Notes: generated by a model not told the origin, from the sequence alone. A DNA stretch of 64,000 bases from Nitrosopumilaceae archaeon (GCA_965208905.1 OZ242365.1:2150776-2214775); one strand, 5' to 3'. Positions 31,489 through 43,023 are shown, numbered from the stretch's first letter. Numbers and translations are program-made.

Positions 31489-32926
31489 GGGACTTATCCC
31501 TGTAACTGTAACCTAAAAACAGCCAGACTTGTAAACCCATCTCATGAGTTAGGTTTTTAAAGTACTATAGTGTATAGAACGGTATATATAGATCACATAG
31601 TGTCCGCATAGACCTGACACGCCCTCAGGCGCGTCACATATCCAAAATACGGAACTCACAGCGGTTCGTGTATAATTGGGCCGTAGAGAAGTTGCTGGTC
31701 GACCCCACACTCACCGCATACGATCTCCAAAGTGAGTTTACCAAACTTCGCAGATGTACACCGCACCTACAGGAAGTGGAGCGCATATACCAAAATACGG
31801 CCATCCAGCAGGCCCGCACTGCTGCGGATGTCTCAAACAAATACGGCAACGGCAAACTAGGTTTCCGCTCCAGAAAGCGCGACAATACAAAGGCAGTATC
31901 ATGTGATGTACAGCCACGATTTGTGGACAACAAGCATGCGTCATTGCCGGGCCTTGGTGTTGTTGAGTTGCCTGAGGAGCAGCCATACCAATTTCCACAC
32001 AACTGGCTGTATGGCTCAAGGTCTTTCCGTTTGGTATGTGTAACACCAAAGTCGTGGATACATTATACGCCAGGTGACCACATATACAGGCTGCACATAA
32101 CATATGACGTACCTACACCCGAACGGGGCGCCAAGACTGGTGTTGTTGCCGGCATAGATAGGGGGATAACAAATCCAACGGTTGTCTGTAAGACAGACCA
32201 CAACACTTCGTGTATAATATCGTATGACACGGCAACCGCATTCCGCACGAACCGTACATGGAATGATGATGCGCGTCGTACCATATCACACCGCAACAAG
32301 CATTCCCGTACAACATACAAGATGAAACGTAAGCGAGAAAAGTACAATCGTGGTAATGCGAATGACCGCGAGTATGCGGAGTGGCTTCTAGTCAAGAAGA
32401 TATGCGAGGGCGTGGATGTGATATATGTCGAGCAGCTCCACCTTGAGGCCATGAGCAGGCGCGGTGGCAGGCACAAAAGGGGCATGAATCGTGGCATGAG
32501 GCTCATTCGGCATTATGCAATACTGCGAAAGATACGCATTATCGCAGAGCGGTTGGGCATCCGTGTAGTAGAAGTGAATCCAAAACGCACGAGTCAGGAG
32601 TGCAGTGTGTGCGGCTACACAAACAAGGAGAATCGAAATGGGGAGATGTTCAAGTGTATGGGATGTGGGCATGTAGCAAACGCCGACGGCAATGCGTCGG
32701 TGAATATAATTCAACGGGGGACCGGTATGAAGGTTCCCACGGGGGAAGGAATAGCTCTCGAAAGGCGTGAAATGGGCCGGACCCGGAAGCCACCTGTTTG
32801 TGCAGTTCCGGACGCCAGACGGCGGCGTGAGAATCAAGCGTGCAATCGACCCAAAACATCAAGCGTCATGAAGCATCTGGGAATGTACGCGTATGTTACG
32901 TATGTTCAGTAAGGTGGATAATTCCC
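31489..32926 (+). mobile_element. Non-autonomous tnpB element with TIRs and 8-bp TSD
   Basis: Ends GGGACTTATCC and GGATAATTCCC (10/11 inverted match). AGGTTCAG is duplicated at 31481-31488 and 32927-32934. Confidence 0.8.
31668..32912 (+). CDS. tnpB: TnpB-family nuclease (frame open from ~31578; true start may be near 31584)
   Basis: RFVYNWA, RuvC motifs GIDRG / YVEQL / NADGNA, and CSVC..CMGC zinc ribbon. Confidence 0.92.
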   Translation: MYNWAVEKLLVDPTLTAYDLQSEFTKLRRCTPHLQEVERIYQNTAIQQARTAADVSNKYGNGKLGFRSRKRDNTKAVSCDVQPRFVDNKHASLPGLGVVELPEEQPYQFPHNWLYGSRSFRLVCVTPKSWIHYTPGDHIYRLHITYDVPTPERGAKTGVVAGIDRGITNPTVVCKTDHNTSCIISYDTATAFRTNRTWNDDARRTISHRNKHSRTTYKMKRKREKYNRGNANDREYAEWLLVKKICEGVDVIYVEQLHLEAMSRRGGRHKRGMNRGMRLIRHYAILRKIRIIAERLGIRVVEVNPKRTSQECSVCGYTNKENRNGEMFKCMGCGHVANADGNASVNIIQRGTGMKVPTGEGIALERREMGRTRKPPVCAVPDARRRRENQACNRPKTSSVMKHLGMYAYVTYVQ

Positions 32927-33130
32927 AGGTTCAGAGATTTCATAGTCCTGAATTCAGTTCGCTATTTAAGACATAGGCTTGGCAAGCGATACGTATGGAA
33001 TAGAGGAAAATGTTACAGTATCATAACAAACCTTGATCCAGTCAAAGATACATCATGCGGCAAATGGAGCTTGGAAGAAGCACCAAGAAAATCCCAGTGG
33101 CGATGGGCACCTCTCACTTTAAGGCTGAGT

Positions 33131-33898
33131 TCATACATGACAAGAATCGTAACTACTCAAAACTTTATGCCTGCTCATATATCTATACGATACAACTGCA
33201 ACACCACACGCCGCCATGACTAGCATGGCTGCACCAAACTCGGGTATGACATGTGTGCCCAGCACGGTCACTGTACCGCCTGGATGCTCAAACTGTATCA
33301 CACGTGTTGTATCATTACTCACCTCTTGATGAGTCAATACAATATCCTGCTGATACACCACAAAGGGCCTATCTTTATCTTCATCTTTAGAATCTAATAT
33401 ATCTCGGGGTATAGACACTACGACCTGTCCCCCTCCGCGTATCTCCATGGTACTGTTGTGTTTGTCCAAGTATAGTTCTGTCACATTCTCCGTATGTATA
33501 CAATATACACCATCATTACCTGCATCTAGATATGTTCCATGACAGTCAATCTCTCCTATGCCTATATGGATGGCATACGGTGTAGTATCAGTACCTGCGC
33601 GCGCAGTAACCGTATATACGCCATCATGCCTCCAGTATGGCCCAGATATGTGCAAGTCTACAGAGAAGACACCATTCTCTGCCTCGGTCTGATCTACGGC
33701 GGCTATATTCCCAGCAGGATTCAATACTAGAACGGTGACCGGCTCCATATGGGTCGTATGGCCCCATATAGTTACTACAGACTGGCGGTCATGGTAAAAA
33801 CCATCAGTCCATATCATTACCCCCTCGGGGATATCCTCGGGAGTCTGGGCCGATGCAGGTATTATAGCAATCAGTAAGATTAAGCAGTACTTTAACAT
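33131..33898 (-). CDS. PEFG-CTERM sorting-domain surface protein
   Basis: Signal peptide and C-terminal GTHVIPEFG followed by a TM helix. Confidence 0.88.
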   Translation of the reverse strand: MLKYCLILLIAIIPASAQTPEDIPEGVMIWTDGFYHDRQSVVTIWGHTTHMEPVTVLVLNPAGNIAAVDQTEAENGVFSVDLHISGPYWRHDGVYTVTARAGTDTTPYAIHIGIGEIDCHGTYLDAGNDGVYCIHTENVTELYLDKHNSTMEIRGGGQVVVSIPRDILDSKDEDKDRPFVVYQQDIVLTHQEVSNDTTRVIQFEHPGGTVTVLGTHVIPEFGAAMLVMAACGVAVVSYRYMSRHKVLSSYDSCHV

Positions 33899-34053
33899 CG
33901 TTACATGGAACTAACTATTCATATTATATAAAGCGAAAATTTGTAAACATCTTGTTATTTCAAGTCATACAAGTAGCGCAAAATACCTGATAAGCGTGAG
34001 GTTGCATATCACCCTCAAGATTCATAAGTAAAAAAATAAAATTGATTGAAATC

Positions 34054-35775
34054 ATGTCTGTTTCAGATACATTTGGTTCTCTAGAGTACGTCTTGGACAA
34101 GTTCTCTAATACATGGACCTGGAAGGTGAAGGGGGCACGTGCAGTTACAATGTTGTCAGACCTGGTACCAGAAGCGTGGTACGGGGACGACATAAATGAG
34201 GCGATAGTCCCGGACAGACCCGAATGTATAGAGAAGATAAAGTGGATACTGGACAGATACCCGCTGGAGATACGCTCAAAGGCCGCGTGGCAAAAGAAGG
34301 CCAAGCCCACTAAGACGCACAACATCACACATACAAAGCACAAACTCAAGTTGGCCACACCAGGAGACCAGTTTCGGGGAGAGCTACTAAAGTTCCAAAG
34401 AAAGGGTTTGGACTTTTTGATAAAGTCCAATGGAAATGCATTATTGGCTGATGAGATGGGTCTGGGAAAGACGGTTCAGTCATTGGCATATATAGCCACC
34501 GAAAAGAGGGCGTTCCCCGTACTGGTGGTGGCACCGCTTGTTACACTCAACAACTGGCAGAGAGAGATTGCAAAGTTTCTAAAAAAGAAGAGCCGCAATG
34601 GTCGTCTGCTTGCAGATGAACATCCCACATCTATTATCATACGGACCGGACGTCAAGAGGACTTGGACAGATACGACTTTTACATCATAAATTATGAACT
34701 GTTGTACAAACGCCAGACAGACATTGCCAATGCCAACATAAGAACCATCATATGTGATGAAGTGCATAATTTAAGATCAGTTAGAACAAAGAAGTACTCA
34801 GCATTAAGAAGATTAGCATCGCTACCTTCGGTGACACGAAGGATTGGCCTCTCAGGCACGCCCATATACAATAGAGGCTCAGAGATATGGCCCATTACAG
34901 ACATACTAAAACCGGGAATGTTGGGTAGTTATGCTGAGTTTTGTGAGTATTTCTGTTATGTCAACGACAAGGGAAAGGCAACGGTACTAGAGAACAAGCG
35001 GCAGACGTTGCGCAAACAACTACAGGAGCATGTAATGCTACGCAGAAAAAAGTCCGACGTGCTAAAGGAGCTAAAAGAGAAGGTTAGATACAAGGAGATC
35101 ATTGATGCCAATACAACCTACTATCAGAACGAACTAGACAGAATATGGAAGAAGATGGAAGAAGAACAGAGGGAGGCAAAGACCGAGTTTATCAGATCCG
35201 CATCATACAGACGGGCCATACAGGGAGAGAGGGTTGCAGCCGGTATGGCAAAGATACCACATGTCACAAACTTTGTTCGAAACATAATGGAGATGGAAGA
35301 GAGTGTAGTAGTGTTCTGCCACCACAGGGCAATACACAGCATACTGCATGAGAATTTACAAGAGTTTGAACCTGCATCAATAATAGGGGGCCAGACAGAT
35401 AAAGTAAGGCAGAACAACATAGACAGATTTCAAGAGGGTAGTGCAAACATGATGATTGCAGGTCTGCGGGCAGGTAATGTTGGAATAAACCTAAGTCAGG
35501 CAAAGTATGTGGTCTTTGCCGAGCTAGACTGGAGTCCTGCCATACACAGGCAGGCGGAAGACCGACTTCATCGCATAGGCCAAAAGGAGACGGTCTTTGC
35601 ATATTATCTAGTGGGAAATGGTACATTAGATGAGCATGTCGCCAATGTACTAGTCGATAAAAGTTATGAGATTGATGGAATTTTAGACGGAACCGCTGAA
35701 CCCTACGAGAATCATGAAAAGGCGCAGATGATACTGGCTCAGATTCGCGATCAGTTATCCCAAAAGACAGATTAG
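34054..35775 (+). CDS. SNF2-family (HARP/SMARCAL1-like) helicase
   Basis: Motifs LLADEMGLGKT, DEVH, SGTP and QAEDRLHRIGQ. Confidence 0.92.
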   Translation: MSVSDTFGSLEYVLDKFSNTWTWKVKGARAVTMLSDLVPEAWYGDDINEAIVPDRPECIEKIKWILDRYPLEIRSKAAWQKKAKPTKTHNITHTKHKLKLATPGDQFRGELLKFQRKGLDFLIKSNGNALLADEMGLGKTVQSLAYIATEKRAFPVLVVAPLVTLNNWQREIAKFLKKKSRNGRLLADEHPTSIIIRTGRQEDLDRYDFYIINYELLYKRQTDIANANIRTIICDEVHNLRSVRTKKYSALRRLASLPSVTRRIGLSGTPIYNRGSEIWPITDILKPGMLGSYAEFCEYFCYVNDKGKATVLENKRQTLRKQLQEHVMLRRKKSDVLKELKEKVRYKEIIDANTTYYQNELDRIWKKMEEEQREAKTEFIRSASYRRAIQGERVAAGMAKIPHVTNFVRNIMEMEESVVVFCHHRAIHSILHENLQEFEPASIIGGQTDKVRQNNIDRFQEGSANMMIAGLRAGNVGINLSQAKYVVFAELDWSPAIHRQAEDRLHRIGQKETVFAYYLVGNGTLDEHVANVLVDKSYEIDGILDGTAEPYENHEKAQMILAQIRDQLSQKTD

Positions 35776-35848
35776 CTGCAAGTAATCAACCTGTGGGTGC
35801 ATAAAGTATACAATGTCGGTATTTGTTAGCGTGTTCAAACTGTTGCCA

Positions 35849-36256
35849 TCAGCTGATGGATGCCATAACCAACTTGTTTGAATCAAGGGCATTCTGCGCA
35901 TGTATTCCGTCCCACAAGAACGTATCAATGGTATATGTACCAGAGGTGGCAGGGGTCCAGGATACTGCAATATTTAACCGCTGGTCCGGTCCCACCTCAC
36001 CGCCAAACCACTTTAGCAGTACTGTGGAGCCGCTCTCATCGGCTATCTGTACTATATATACAAACTGTTGCGCGGTATCACCTTGATGGGTAAGTGTCGT
36101 GGCGATGTAAAATTTTTGATTTACATTTATGTGTCCAGATATGGGCATGCCATTAGCGTCTACAAGTGTAGGCTCGCCCAAAGTTGTACCAGTAGCTTGT
36201 GCCTGACTCTGCATGAGTAGTGCAATGCATAGTAATGGTATGGCAATACGATACAT
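35849..36256 (-). CDS. Secreted thaumarchaeal Ig-like hypothetical protein
   Basis: Signal peptide. FVYIVQI...SWTP..SGTY.I..FLW pattern. Confidence 0.75.
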   Translation of the reverse strand: MYRIAIPLLCIALLMQSQAQATGTTLGEPTLVDANGMPISGHINVNQKFYIATTLTHQGDTAQQFVYIVQIADESGSTVLLKWFGGEVGPDQRLNIAVSWTPATSGTYTIDTFLWDGIHAQNALDSNKLVMASIS

Positions 36257-36384
36257 TACATAATACTTGTAACTACAGACTTAAGGATGTTGTTACCTGA
36301 TGGTTTATTATATCATATACAGCCCGCATAATATCCATCAAAAATTCTGTATGTACTCAACTTTTACATCAGCATATGTCCTAG

Positions 36385-37637
36385 AGATGGAGTGGACCCC
36401 ATAGAATGTTACTGTTTTCGGCATGATTTTACATACATCTTCCATCATTTATTTGTCATCTCCAACTGTTCGGCAAATTCTACTGGTGTCATGTATCCGA
36501 TAGAGGAATGAATCCTCTCGGTGTTGTAATCTACAAAGGCCTTTGCAATGATCGTCTCTGCCTCCTGATAGTTCGCAAACTCGTGCGGCCAGATGTATTC
36601 CTTTTTCAGCGTCTTGTGAAATGATTCGACATGTCCGTTCTGCTCCGGCGTATTCTTGTAGATGAATTCATGTTTGCCGATGCCAAGGGCCTGGACCGCA
36701 TGTCTAAAGTCGTGGCTTGTATACTGGTTGCCGTTGTCCGTACGCAATCGTAATTGTGAGCAGTCAGGTTTCTCTGCGGCAACCGCGTTGGTGATTGAGG
36801 TGATTGCAATGTCTCGTGTGGCATTGACATCAAACGCGTAGGCGATCCACTTGCGCGTAAAGCAGTCAATTACGTTGAAGCAGTAGCACCAGCCGTCTAT
36901 ACCGCACCAGATGTATGTGATGTCCGTCTCCCACAACTGGTGTGGGGCTTTGGGTTTGAAGAGCTTTTGACCCGCTCGAATGATGTCGTTTTTGGTATTT
37001 TGTGGCTGGATGTAGCCCATTTTGCGATATATCCGCTGTATCTGCTTGCGGTTCACCACAATTCCCGTATCGCGCGTTATCTGGGCCGCCATGCGCCGTG
37101 TGCCGTACGTGGGCCTCTTTCTGCTCGTATCTAGCACAGTGCTCAATATATCCGGATTCAATCCCATGTCTCTGGGCTTGGGTTTGTAGTACCATTGGCG
37201 CCTGGATACGCCCGCATACCCTAGCGACTTGCGCAGGCTCAAATGTTGTTCCTGCATGATTTTTACCGCGTTCAATCGTTGCTTGCCTCCAAGGTTTTTT
37301 TTAAAGCGTCGTTTGCGATTGTCAGATCCCCTATGATTCGCTTTAGGTCGCCGTTCTCCTTTTTGATGGCCTTTATCGGATCCTTCTTTCCGTGATGGGT
37401 CAGTCCGGACTTGCCTGCGTCCATGAACTTTTGCCGCCAGGCTTGAAACGTTTGGGGATGAACGTTGTGCTTGCGGCACAGCTCGGCCGTGCCAATATTG
37501 GTCTTGATTGATTCCAAAACGATCTGGATCTTTTGGTCTGGAGTAAACTTTGTTCTTACCATGGCATCATCCCTCCCATTACGACTTTAAGCTGTATGAA
37601 CGTGAGTGTTCTCATTCTAGCGGGGTCCAGCCCATCA
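36385..37637 (-). mobile_element. IS3-family insertion sequence
   Basis: Imperfect TIRs TGATGGGCTGGACCCCGCTAGAATG and AGATGGAGTGGACCCCATAGAATG, enclosing orfA/orfB. Confidence 0.9.
36445..37562 (-). CDS. IS3-family transposase OrfAB (programmed -1 frameshift)
   Basis: OrfA 37272..37562 is an HTH. Slippery A8 run at 37295-37302. OrfB has WETDITY, RTDNG and NGHVESFH. Confidence 0.9.
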
Positions 37638-37725
37638 TAACACTACACCTATCACATAAACTTGCGGGAAGGCGCCGAATTTAGTAATCGTTTTGTGGGG
37701 GGTGTGCACAATAATACACAATACA

Positions 37726-37908
37726 ATGTATGATCGCAAGCTGACAATGTTGGGCCTAGCGTTATTGGCCGTTACCGTGCTGTTATATTACATGGAGGAT
37801 GAGACCATGCTCCAGTATGCATATGTGACCGGAGTGGCCATGCTTGCCATATTTTTGCTATCCTTTATACGATTCAACTTCAAATATATGGGATCTAACA
37901 AGAAATAA
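37726..37908 (+). CDS. Small membrane protein
   Basis: Two hydrophobic helices, directly upstream of pyrG. Confidence 0.6.
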   Translation: MYDRKLTMLGLALLAVTVLLYYMEDETMLQYAYVTGVAMLAIFLLSFIRFNFKYMGSNKK

Positions 37909-37932
37909 TAGCCCTACATTATACTAAAAAAT

Positions 37933-39528
37933 ATGAAATACATCTTTGTTACCGGAGGCGTGATGTCGGGCCTAGGAAAGGGCGTTGTCACCTCCTCCAT
38001 TGCCAAACTACTTCAGCTGGCAGGACTAAAGGTGTCGTGTATCAAGATAGATCCTTATCTGAACTATGATGCAGGTACAATGAACCCCATAGCTCATGGA
38101 GAGGTCTTTGTTACTGAAGATGGTGGAGAGTGTGACATGGATATAGGCAACTATGAGAGATTCTTGAACATCAACATACCTAAAAACCACAATATAACCA
38201 CGGCTCAGGTGTTTTCGGATGTCATAAGTGCAGAGCGGGACGGCAAGTATATGGGTGAGTGCGTTCAGATCATACCTCACATAACCGAAGAGATACGGAG
38301 GCGCATAGCCATGGTGGGAATAGATGAGTCCCTGGACGTTCTAATTGTGGAGTGTGGCGGGACCGTTGGTGACATAGAGTCGTTGCCGTTCTTGGAGGCT
38401 CTCCGACAGATGAGGGCAACCTGCCAAGCTGGTGATAATGTCTTGTTTGTACATGTGACACTTGCGCCCTCACTAGATGTAGTGGGCGAACAGAAGACTA
38501 AACCTACACAGCACAGCGTTCAGGAGTTGCGGCGTATTGGTATACAACCAGACTATCTGGCGGTGAGATGTACACAACCACTACAAAAGAAGACAAAAGA
38601 GAAGTTGGCCCTCTTTACAGGTGTGAATGAGTCTGATGTATTGTCATGTCATGATGCCAATTCAATATTTGAGATTCCAGGCATATTGTACGAGCAGGGT
38701 ATAGTGGACTCTATGTTTCGCAAGTTTGGCCATGTGGGGTTGATGGACTCTTCCAAAGACTGGGACACTTGGAATGGTGTAGTAAACTCGATGGTACAGG
38801 AAGGCAAAACTGTTCGTATAGCGATGGTGGGCAAATACGTGACACTCACCGACAGTTATGTCAGCGTGAATCAGGCGCTAAGACATGCTGCTGCAGACCT
38901 GGGCGTATCTATAAAGATTGATCTGGTAGATTCAGAGAGTATTCCCAAAGGCATGGTATCCAAATATGATGGCATACTGGTTCCTGGTGGCTTTGGCATA
39001 CGGGGGGCCGAGGGCATAATACAGACAGCTCAGGAGGCTAGAATATACGATACACCATACCTTGGAATCTGTTTTGGATTTCAACTTGCTGCTGTGGCCT
39101 TTGCTAGATATGCACTGAATATTCCCGATGCGCACACATCTGAGATTGTATCTGACACCAATAACCCTGTGGTGCACTTGTTACCTGACCAAGTCTCTGA
39201 TCATGCCACTGGCGGCTCTCTTAGGCTGGGCTCCCACACCATAAAGATCAAACCAGACACACTGGCCCATAAAATATATCAAAATCACACAATACAGCGC
39301 CGCCACCGGCATCGCTACGAGATAAACCAAGATATGATAACAAAACTAGAGGCGGCCGGCATGATATTCTCTGCGTATAGTGATGATGCCCGACGTATGG
39401 AGATACTAGAGATACCAGAATGTCGTTTTTACATGGGCGTGCAGTTCCATCCTGAGTTTAGCAGCAGACCTGGATTTCCAGAGTCGTCTTATCGTGCATT
39501 TGTAAAGTCCGCAGCCCGACTCAACTAA
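37933..39528 (+). CDS. pyrG: CTP synthase
   Basis: Motifs KYIFVTGGVMSGLGKG, GICFG, RHRHRYE and QFHPEF. Confidence 0.98.
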   Translation: MKYIFVTGGVMSGLGKGVVTSSIAKLLQLAGLKVSCIKIDPYLNYDAGTMNPIAHGEVFVTEDGGECDMDIGNYERFLNINIPKNHNITTAQVFSDVISAERDGKYMGECVQIIPHITEEIRRRIAMVGIDESLDVLIVECGGTVGDIESLPFLEALRQMRATCQAGDNVLFVHVTLAPSLDVVGEQKTKPTQHSVQELRRIGIQPDYLAVRCTQPLQKKTKEKLALFTGVNESDVLSCHDANSIFEIPGILYEQGIVDSMFRKFGHVGLMDSSKDWDTWNGVVNSMVQEGKTVRIAMVGKYVTLTDSYVSVNQALRHAAADLGVSIKIDLVDSESIPKGMVSKYDGILVPGGFGIRGAEGIIQTAQEARIYDTPYLGICFGFQLAAVAFARYALNIPDAHTSEIVSDTNNPVVHLLPDQVSDHATGGSLRLGSHTIKIKPDTLAHKIYQNHTIQRRHRHRYEINQDMITKLEAAGMIFSAYSDDARRMEILEIPECRFYMGVQFHPEFSSRPGFPESSYRAFVKSAARLN

Positions 39529-40510
39529 TACTGTATATCTTTTGTCGAGAGTCAAGTATGGACACTTTTCTGTGAATATGACCCTTCTCTAATAGACGTG
39601 TCAATGCAATACGAACTGTTCTGGCTGGGAGAAAGGTCTTTGCTATAAGCTCTTTCTGTGACATCTCCCCTTCATACTCTAGCATCTTTAGTATAAGCTT
39701 TGAGCTGGGCGGCATGCGTAGAAGGTCCTCGGCTAGATGTACTTTCTTTATCATGGCCGATACACTGGTGGTGTTATCTTCCATACGTATGATATGAGCT
39801 GGTGATTTGAACTTTGAATACTTTACACTCTCCTTGACTTTTAGTCGATCTACACCATCAAGTATAGTGTCGCAGCGTATATGTGAGGCAATCTCTGACA
39901 CCTCTATCTTACTGCTACTGGGAACCACTATGGGTCGGCGCGTAACATCCTGTGAGTTGACTGGAACTATTCCAAACACATCTGACCCCTGAAATATTAC
40001 CGGACCCCCTGTGGACATGGAGTATGCTGTTGAGCCCATGGGAGTCGATACTATTATGCCATCCCCACTATCGTGCCATACCTCATGTTTATTGACACTC
40101 AAGGTGTACTCTATCAGCGTAGCACTCTTTGCCGAAAAGACCGCAGCATCATTCAAAGCTATATGGGAGTTTTTGTCATCAACTATGACCTTTAACCGGG
40201 GTATCTCTACTATGTTGTAGTTTTTGGTGTTGTGTAGACGGTCTATATGTAATCCTATCTCTTTACTGTCTAGTTGAGACAGAAAACCACCTGCATCGCC
40301 CTCGGATACTCCAAGTATGGGAGCTGGTGGAACGTTGGGATTACGAAAGTATCTTCGTATGCCTTTATCTCCACCCGGTACTATTATGCACCCTATATCG
40401 CTTGATATATTGTCTGGTGTTACCTTCTTTATGCCATCATACTTTAGCCTCTCCAGTAACGTCTTTACAGCATTGGGCACTATACCATCATCTAATATGC
40501 AAATCTCCAA
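39521..40510 (-). CDS. NAD kinase-family protein with C-terminal winged helix
   Basis: Motifs GGD, ALND and DGIIVSTPMGSTAYSMSTGGP. The C-terminus is a MarR-like wHTH. Confidence 0.85.
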   Translation of the reverse strand: MEICILDDGIVPNAVKTLLERLKYDGIKKVTPDNISSDIGCIIVPGGDKGIRRYFRNPNVPPAPILGVSEGDAGGFLSQLDSKEIGLHIDRLHNTKNYNIVEIPRLKVIVDDKNSHIALNDAAVFSAKSATLIEYTLSVNKHEVWHDSGDGIIVSTPMGSTAYSMSTGGPVIFQGSDVFGIVPVNSQDVTRRPIVVPSSSKIEVSEIASHIRCDTILDGVDRLKVKESVKYSKFKSPAHIIRMEDNTTSVSAMIKKVHLAEDLLRMPPSSKLILKMLEYEGEMSQKELIAKTFLPARTVRIALTRLLEKGHIHRKVSILDSRQKIYSIS

Positions 40511-40535
40511 TATTATACAATGCGTAATAGGTTGT

Positions 40536-41399
40536 TTATACTTGCCTATATTTGACTAAATTGTAAAAGTATGATGCATTGGTTTGAATGGCTCCTTTTT
40601 TGGGGATCTTTGCCAAACCTAGCGCCTTAGAGTCCAATGCTGCCTGTACTGCGCCTCCCGCAAAGCATAGCGCCCAGAGAGCATCCTTCTCTTTTAGCAT
40701 TGTGCATAAAAAAGAGCCGCACAGTATGGCGCCCAAACCTGTAGTGTCATATATCTTCTTGTTGGGCAGCTCTATTGTGTATAACATGGTCTTGTCTAAC
40801 ATTACAATGTCTTTACCATTGGTGCGGATTACAGTTCTGGCACCCATCTTTTGTAGTCTTTTCATACCTTCTATCTCGTTGTCATCTCCAGTTATAGCCT
40901 GTATCTCGGCGGGATTTACTTTTAATGCGTCAACATCAGTCATGTCTAGTGTGGCAGGAGATGTATGTATCATGTTGTCTTCACCTGTAGTGCGCAACAA
41001 CCCTTGTGGATTATACAGTATGTAGCCATCTTGATTTTTTATTATATCTGGTGTTATCTCATGATATATGGGTGATATTATAATCCCGTCTCTGCTGTCG
41101 TTTTGTACCTGTATATCTTCACATTGATTTTGCAGGTACATCTTTCGTTTTAAGCCATCTATCACTATCTTGAATCTGGTGGTCGGTAATGCTGATGATG
41201 ACGCATCATGTTTAATGTTGGCATTTTGTAGATATTTTTTTGGAAAATCATCTCCAAATTTTGTCTGTATGCTAACATTGGACTTGAACTCTCTGGCCAT
41301 GAGTCCAGAGTAACACGCATCTCCGCCCGCCTGCTCATATGTAGAGTCTCCTATGTGTAATCTGTCCATTGCACAATGGGATATTACACTAACGTTCAT
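40536..41399 (-). CDS. PfkB-family carbohydrate kinase
   Basis: Motifs GG.ACY, LKVN..E and DTTGLGA. Confidence 0.8.
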   Translation of the reverse strand: MNVSVISHCAMDRLHIGDSTYEQAGGDACYSGLMAREFKSNVSIQTKFGDDFPKKYLQNANIKHDASSSALPTTRFKIVIDGLKRKMYLQNQCEDIQVQNDSRDGIIISPIYHEITPDIIKNQDGYILYNPQGLLRTTGEDNMIHTSPATLDMTDVDALKVNPAEIQAITGDDNEIEGMKRLQKMGARTVIRTNGKDIVMLDKTMLYTIELPNKKIYDTTGLGAILCGSFLCTMLKEKDALWALCFAGGAVQAALDSKALGLAKIPKKGAIQTNASYFYNLVKYRQV

Positions 41400-41508
41400 T
41401 TCCGGCCGATTCTTCGTTTATACTGGAGCATTTATCGCACAGTATTTTGCCACACACTATGGATACCTCTACATTTGATGTAAGGCAGCCATGACATAGT
41501 CCTCTCAT
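41389..41508 (-). CDS. Small zinc-finger protein
   Basis: MRGLCHGC...LCDKC, overlapping the PfkB start. Confidence 0.55.
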   Translation of the reverse strand: MRGLCHGCLTSNVEVSIVCGKILCDKCSSINEESAGNER

Positions 41509-42822
41509 GGAGTGTTGTGGTACGGGTTTGATTAATAGTCTTTTGTTGATTCCAGTATGTGGGGCTCTTTGTATCTGATGCGTATCCCCCTGAGTAGTAT
41601 TGATATTATACATAGTTGTACTAATACCAACTTGTATATATCTTGTATTATGTATAGTGTCGTAAAAATACTATTGGAATCTCCCAACTCGTGACCATGG
41701 CATGCCCATATAATTCTCTATTAATTGATTTATTGGGGTTGGTGTGCGGTCAGTCCTGCATGAATCATCCTTGAGGAAGGAGCTTGACACACAAATGCAT
41801 GATGCAATACGGCAGTATACATGAAAGATTTGAGATGATGCAGACCACAGGTATTATAAACTAGATTGCGATGCCGAATTCAGACATATGGAGGCGTATA
41901 TAATAAACTGACTTATTAATAAAATAAAAAATTAATTTTAATCTAATATCATACCAAGTCACAGGATGCAAACTTGAAGTGTTTAAATACAAAGATCATA
42001 CCAGAAACAAAATTAGAAAACATAACTATCTAAAAAAACCTATACTCATAGAAAGCCATTAACAAAATATACAATAAAAATCAAATTTTTAAAAAGGAAG
42101 ATTGTACAGATTATCAAATATGCTATACATCATATGGTCGAGTTCTACAAACTATTCAGCAAACATTCGGGCTGTATTATTTCCTCACATATTTGGTGAG
42201 GCACAAGTACTGAGGATTAAAATTACATATTTCAAATAAACGAATTACAACTTACACACTGCAGAATCGAATTTATGATCTTTGAACTATTACTGGAACG
42301 CATAAACAATCTAGATTTATCACATTCAGACTGAATAAGAATTAGGGTCAGAGTGGTAAGGGTTACCGTTATGTACAGAATCTATACAAAACATCATACC
42401 GCAATGCAGGAATCAAAACTCCGGCGTTCATCAAACGGTAGAGGTGGTCTACATCCAAAGTCTGGCGAACCGCCCATAGACAGTATAAAATACAACGAGT
42501 ACCTAAACTAAAAATTGACAACATAATTTTACTTACTAGCTATCTTTTGTAAGAAACACTTATGCATTTTGATTAATGTGGTAAGGTTTGTGTCTGCTAT
42601 TTTATCTGTGTATAATATGATCAAATTCATGTTTAATATTTAAAAAACATTAAAGAATGTTATAGTCCAATCCGCCGCAATTAGAAACATTGCAATATTC
42701 AGAAAATAGATCAAAATAAACATTATTTATAATCAAGGCACCTTAATATTCAGAAAGATGGTCAAACGACAAGTAATCAAAGTAAAATTTCATATAATAT
42801 TTGTACTGCATCATATAATATA

Positions 42823-43020
42823 ATGCAGATAAGATGCTCACTGTGTAACATGCTCTTTGATGATAGTGATGAGCTGATCCAGGAGAGAAAACGTAGACAT
42901 GAGCAATGGCATCGTCTGGATATGACATCGTATAAGCGCAACGCCATTATTGGCGATGTGGTGTGGATTCCCAATGATGCCCCACGTGATACTGGTATTC
43001 AAAATAAGATAAAAAAGTGA
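42823..43020 (+). CDS. Small C2H2-like zinc-binding protein
   Basis: CSLC...HEQWH. Confidence 0.55.
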   Translation: MQIRCSLCNMLFDDSDELIQERKRRHEQWHRLDMTSYKRNAIIGDVVWIPNDAPRDTGIQNKIKK

Positions 43021-43023
43021 ATT

